Origin: Coraliomargarita sp.
GTDB lineage: Bacteria > Verrucomicrobiota > Verrucomicrobiia > Opitutales > Coraliomargaritaceae
Length of the DNA: 64,000 bases
Reading direction: 5' to 3'
Assembly: GCA_965216325.1 (NCBI GenBank)
Contig: OZ244160.1
Span: forward strand, 2,272,001 to 2,336,000
Shown here: piece by piece, positions 60,795 through 64,000 of the stretch
Position numbering within the stretch: position 1 is the first letter of the stretch
How the letters are laid out: the number at the start of each line of letters is the position of its first letter
The notes under the pieces: generated by a model
What the model was told of the DNA's origin: nothing
Seen by the model: the letters and a program-made list of their open reading frames with translations, nothing else
Database searches by the model: none
Translations under genes and position numbers: made by a program

Positions 60795-62222
60795 ATGACG
60801 ACTGCGAATACATCTCGAATCCAACGACAACTGCCGAGCATCATCCAAGGTGGCATGGGTGCTGCGGTGTCTAACTGGCGCCTCGCCCGAACCGTGGCTG
60901 AAAGTGGTGAGTTGGGCGTGGTCTCCGGCACAGCGTTGGACACGGTAATGGTCCGCCGCTTGCAGGATGGTGATTTGGAGGGTGATGTCCGTCGTGCGCT
61001 GGCGGCCTTTCCGTATCAGAAGATGGTTCAGCCGATCCTGGAGAAGTGGTATCGTGCGGAAGGACGCGCGGAGGGTGAGCCATATAAGCTGAAACCGCTG
61101 CCGACTATTGATATGAGCCGCACGGAGATGGAGCTGCTGATTGTGGCGAGTTTCGTAGAGATTTACTTGGCCAAAGAGGGACACGAGGGATTGGTCGGCT
61201 TGAACATGCTGGAGAAGATCCAGCTGCCGACTTTGCCATCCTTGTTTGGTGCCATGCTGGCGGGGGTGGATGCTGTGTTGATGGGCGGTGGAATCCCACT
61301 CACGATTCCAGGTATCTTGGACGCACTTGCCAAGTTGGAAGCGACCGAGCTGAAGATCAATGTCATTGGTGCGGAGCGTGATGAGCTGCATTTGATGCAC
61401 TTTGATCCGAAAGACTATGTGCCTGCAGATGCGCAGCCACTAATCCGCCCATGGTTCTTCCCGGTAATTTCATCCGAAATTCTTGCGATGACCTTCGTGA
61501 AGAAGGTGCCTGGTGGTGCGGATGGTTTTGTGATCGAGCACTATTCTGCGGGTGGGCACAATGCACCGCCTCGTCGTGGGGATGCATATGGTCCACGCGA
61601 TATTTGCAATATCGAGAAGGTGGCAAAGTTTGGACTGCCATTCTGGCTTGCCGGTGGACGTGCGTCTCCTGAAGGGCTGCGTGAAGCGCAAGAGCTCGGT
61701 GCAGTCGGCGTGCAAGTTGGCACGGCCTTTGCCTGCTCCAGTGAGTCCGGCATTACGGCAGAGATTAAGTCTGAAGTGGTCACTCGCTATTTTGCCGGAG
61801 AGCTCGAGGTGCATACCGATATGCAGGCTTCGCCGACAGGCTATCCGTTTAAGCGTGTGGATTTGGCTGCCAATGAATTGCCGGAGCCATGCCGGATTTG
61901 TGATCTCGGCTACTTGCGTCATGTTTACAAGAAGGATGACGGGAGCATTGGCTATCGTTGCCCGGCGGGCCCAGTGAAGGCTTACGTCTCGAAAGGTGGT
62001 TGCGAAGCAGATACCGAGGGGAAGCGTTGTCTCTGCAATGGTCTGATGGCGACGATTGGCATGGGGCAGGTCGATAAGGCGGGAACTGCAATGCCGCCTC
62101 TACTCACTTGGGGCGAAGACATGAGCTTTCTCAAGCACGTGGTTTCGGCTGGTGAGACCTCCTATTCAGCCAAGAATTTGATCAGCTACCTGCGCAGCGA
62201 AGTGCCGGCGGTTGCGGTTTAG
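60795..62222 (+). CDS. Nitronate monooxygenase family flavoprotein
   Basis: [20 protein letters not shown]. Confidence 0.82.
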   Translation: MTTANTSRIQRQLPSIIQGGMGAAVSNWRLARTVAESGELGVVSGTALDTVMVRRLQDGDLEGDVRRALAAFPYQKMVQPILEKWYRAEGRAEGEPYKLKPLPTIDMSRTEMELLIVASFVEIYLAKEGHEGLVGLNMLEKIQLPTLPSLFGAMLAGVDAVLMGGGIPLTIPGILDALAKLEATELKINVIGAERDELHLMHFDPKDYVPADAQPLIRPWFFPVISSEILAMTFVKKVPGGADGFVIEHYSAGGHNAPPRRGDAYGPRDICNIEKVAKFGLPFWLAGGRASPEGLREAQELGAVGVQVGTAFACSSESGITAEIKSEVVTRYFAGELEVHTDMQASPTGYPFKRVDLAANELPEPCRICDLGYLRHVYKKDDGSIGYRCPAGPVKAYVSKGGCEADTEGKRCLCNGLMATIGMGQVDKAGTAMPPLLTWGEDMSFLKHVVSAGETSYSAKNLISYLRSEVPAVAV

Positions 62223-62250
62223 ATAAAGTAGAAGATGGGATGAGAAGTAG

Positions 62251-64000
62251 TTAATGCCGCTCACCGGTCTTCTCCTGGTCGCGGACCGGGTCGACGTAGA
62301 TGGAGACGTTGGCTTCGCTGTCGCCGAGATGCTCTTTGGCGCGCTTGAGGGCTTTCGCGGTCGACATCGTCGGGTTGCAGGGATCGTCGCGGAAGATGTT
62401 GCGGTCTTCGATGTAGTCGTAGAGGTCGCCATTCTTCAGGACTTCGACCATGTCGGCTTTGACTTCGCTGAGAATCAGATAGCGCCCCATCTCGTTCATG
62501 TAGCGAACGAGTTCTTCGAGTGCCATTAAGCCGGTGGCATCCATGTTGTGTGCGTTGCGCATTTTGAGGACCACGATTTTCAAGTTCGGGTCTTCACAAA
62601 TACGACGCATCTGGTTTTGGAACAGCTCAGCAGCACCAAAGAACAGCTCACCCTCGACGTGCACAATCGAGACTTCGGGTACATCCCGTTTCGCATCTTC
62701 GCCCATTTGCGCCAGTTGGCCACTTTCGTTGAATGCGTATTCGACCATCTCCGGCCGTGCGACCTTCTTGAGGAACAAGATGATCGAGACCCCGACCCCG
62801 ATGTAGATTGCGGTGTCGAGCGGCATCACCATGCCACTCAGGAAGGTGATCCCGAAGACCACGGCGTCCGAACGGGTGGTGTGGGTGACGACACGAATCG
62901 TGCGCTTATTGACCAACGAGATGCCGATCACGATGACCAAGACCGCCAAGGTGCACTGTGGGATATGCTTCGTGAAGGGGCCGACTGCGAAGGCGCCAAT
63001 CAGAACGATGATGCCGCTAATTAGGCTGGCGATTGGAGTTTTGCCGCCACTGGTTTCGGAAAGTGAGGAGCGGGTAAGCGAGCCCGACGCAGGCATGCCG
63101 GAGAGGAACCCGCAGGCAATGTTGGACATGCCGATGGAAAACATCGCTTGGTTGGCATCCAGTCGGGCACCGGTTTTAGCTGCCAGCGACTTGCCGATCG
63201 AGATGCCTTCAAGCACACACAAGAGTGCGATTGCCAAGGCAGGGCTAGCCATTGCGGTGACGTCATGCAGTGAAATTTGAGGAATGCTCACGGACCACGA
63301 GGTTGCATCGATTCCGGTTAGGTGGAGGACGCCGCTGTTTGCCTCTCCGCCTAGAAAAAGCGCGCTGATCGCCGACACAGCGAGCAGGGTAATGGCAACA
63401 TTGGGCAGCGACTTAAATTTCCAGTTCAACAGGACATAGAGCACGGCGGTGAGCAGGCTGACCGCGACCGTCATCCAGTGCGTCGTATCGAGAGCTGAAA
63501 GCATATAGCCCATCGATTCAAGGAAGGTGGCTCCCTTGCCCTCAAGCGTGAGGCCCAGTGTCTTGGGTATCTGGTTGGTGATAATCAGTAGTGCTGCGGC
63601 CGTGATATAGCCGGTGATCACTGAGCGGGAAATATATTGCACCAAATTGGCGACTTTAAAATAGGCGCCGAGCACGATGAAGAGGCCGACCAGCAGAATC
63701 AGTAGGGGCACCAGTGCCAGTTTGTCGGCGCCCACAATCCCAAGGCTCGCGAAGGCACTCAGTAGCATGACTGAGGTGGCGTTCGTTGGTCCCAGCGTGA
63801 TGAAGCGGTTTTTGGCAAACAGTGGGCCGATGAGCGCCGCGATTGCTGAGCCGTAGATACCGTATTGAATCGGTAGGCCTGCGATCAAGGCGTAGGCCAT
63901 GCCTTGTGGAAAGGCCAGTAGGGCAACATTGGTGCCCGCGCGCATGTCACCCGCAAAATTGTCGCGCTGGTAGCCAGCTAGCGTTTTGCGGATGGGAAAT
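62251..64000 (-). CDS. SulP family anion transporter with STAS domain (start beyond right edge)
   Basis: PQGMAYALIAGLP, GSLTRS, C-terminal STAS; frame open to window end. Confidence 0.9.
   Translation of the reverse strand, partial: FPIRKTLAGYQRDNFAGDMRAGTNVALLAFPQGMAYALIAGLPIQYGIYGSAIAALIGPLFAKNRFITLGPTNATSVMLLSAFASLGIVGADKLALVPLLILLVGLFIVLGAYFKVANLVQYISRSVITGYITAAALLIITNQIPKTLGLTLEGKGATFLESMGYMLSALDTTHWMTVAVSLLTAVLYVLLNWKFKSLPNVAITLLAVSAISALFLGGEANSGVLHLTGIDATSWSVSIPQISLHDVTAMASPALAIALLCVLEGISIGKSLAAKTGARLDANQAMFSIGMSNIACGFLSGMPASGSLTRSSLSETSGGKTPIASLISGIIVLIGAFAVGPFTKHIPQCTLAVLVIVIGISLVNKRTIRVVTHTTRSDAVVFGITFLSGMVMPLDTAIYIGVGVSIILFLKKVARPEMVEYAFNESGQLAQMGEDAKRDVPEVSIVHVEGELFFGAAELFQNQMRRICEDPNLKIVVLKMRNAHNMDATGLMALEELVRYMNEMGRYLILSEVKADMVEVLKNGDLYDYIEDRNIFRDDPCNPTMSTAKALKRAKEHLGDSEANVSIYVDPVRDQEKTGERH

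Overview
Bacterial chromosomal window. Gene content and order suggest a Verrucomicrobiota (Opitutae/Coraliomargarita-like) genome; this is inference only. Most of the window is housekeeping: hem genes, recR, thrC, gmd-fcl, trpC, pyrG, sdhCAB, aroB, ftsY, nusB-ribH, tgt, lysC and rlmN. The standout is 794-6659, an array of seven minus-strand gene cassettes with no integrase in the window. Each cassette is closed by a 55-71 bp attC-like hairpin. The R'' box of each cassette is complementary to the junction upstream of it, which is the footprint of cassette-by-cassette site-specific integration. The sites are non-canonical: the crossover triplet is GWT (GTT or GAT), and the L boxes and bulged base vary. 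Two different group IIC introns sit antisense inside two of the attC sites, one encoding an RT and one ORF-less. They insert one nucleotide apart, and their candidate EBS1 loops co-vary with that shift. Other accessory features: a tRNA-Asn islet with an amber-inactivated RelE-type toxin and intact antitoxin; an ExbB/ExbD/ExbD-TPR-TPR-VWA-like operon; a frameshifted and truncated anaerobic sulfatase maturase; a RAYT transposase flanked by GGAG-footed REPs; several GTAG REP families; and inverted hexamer/heptamer intergenic repeats.
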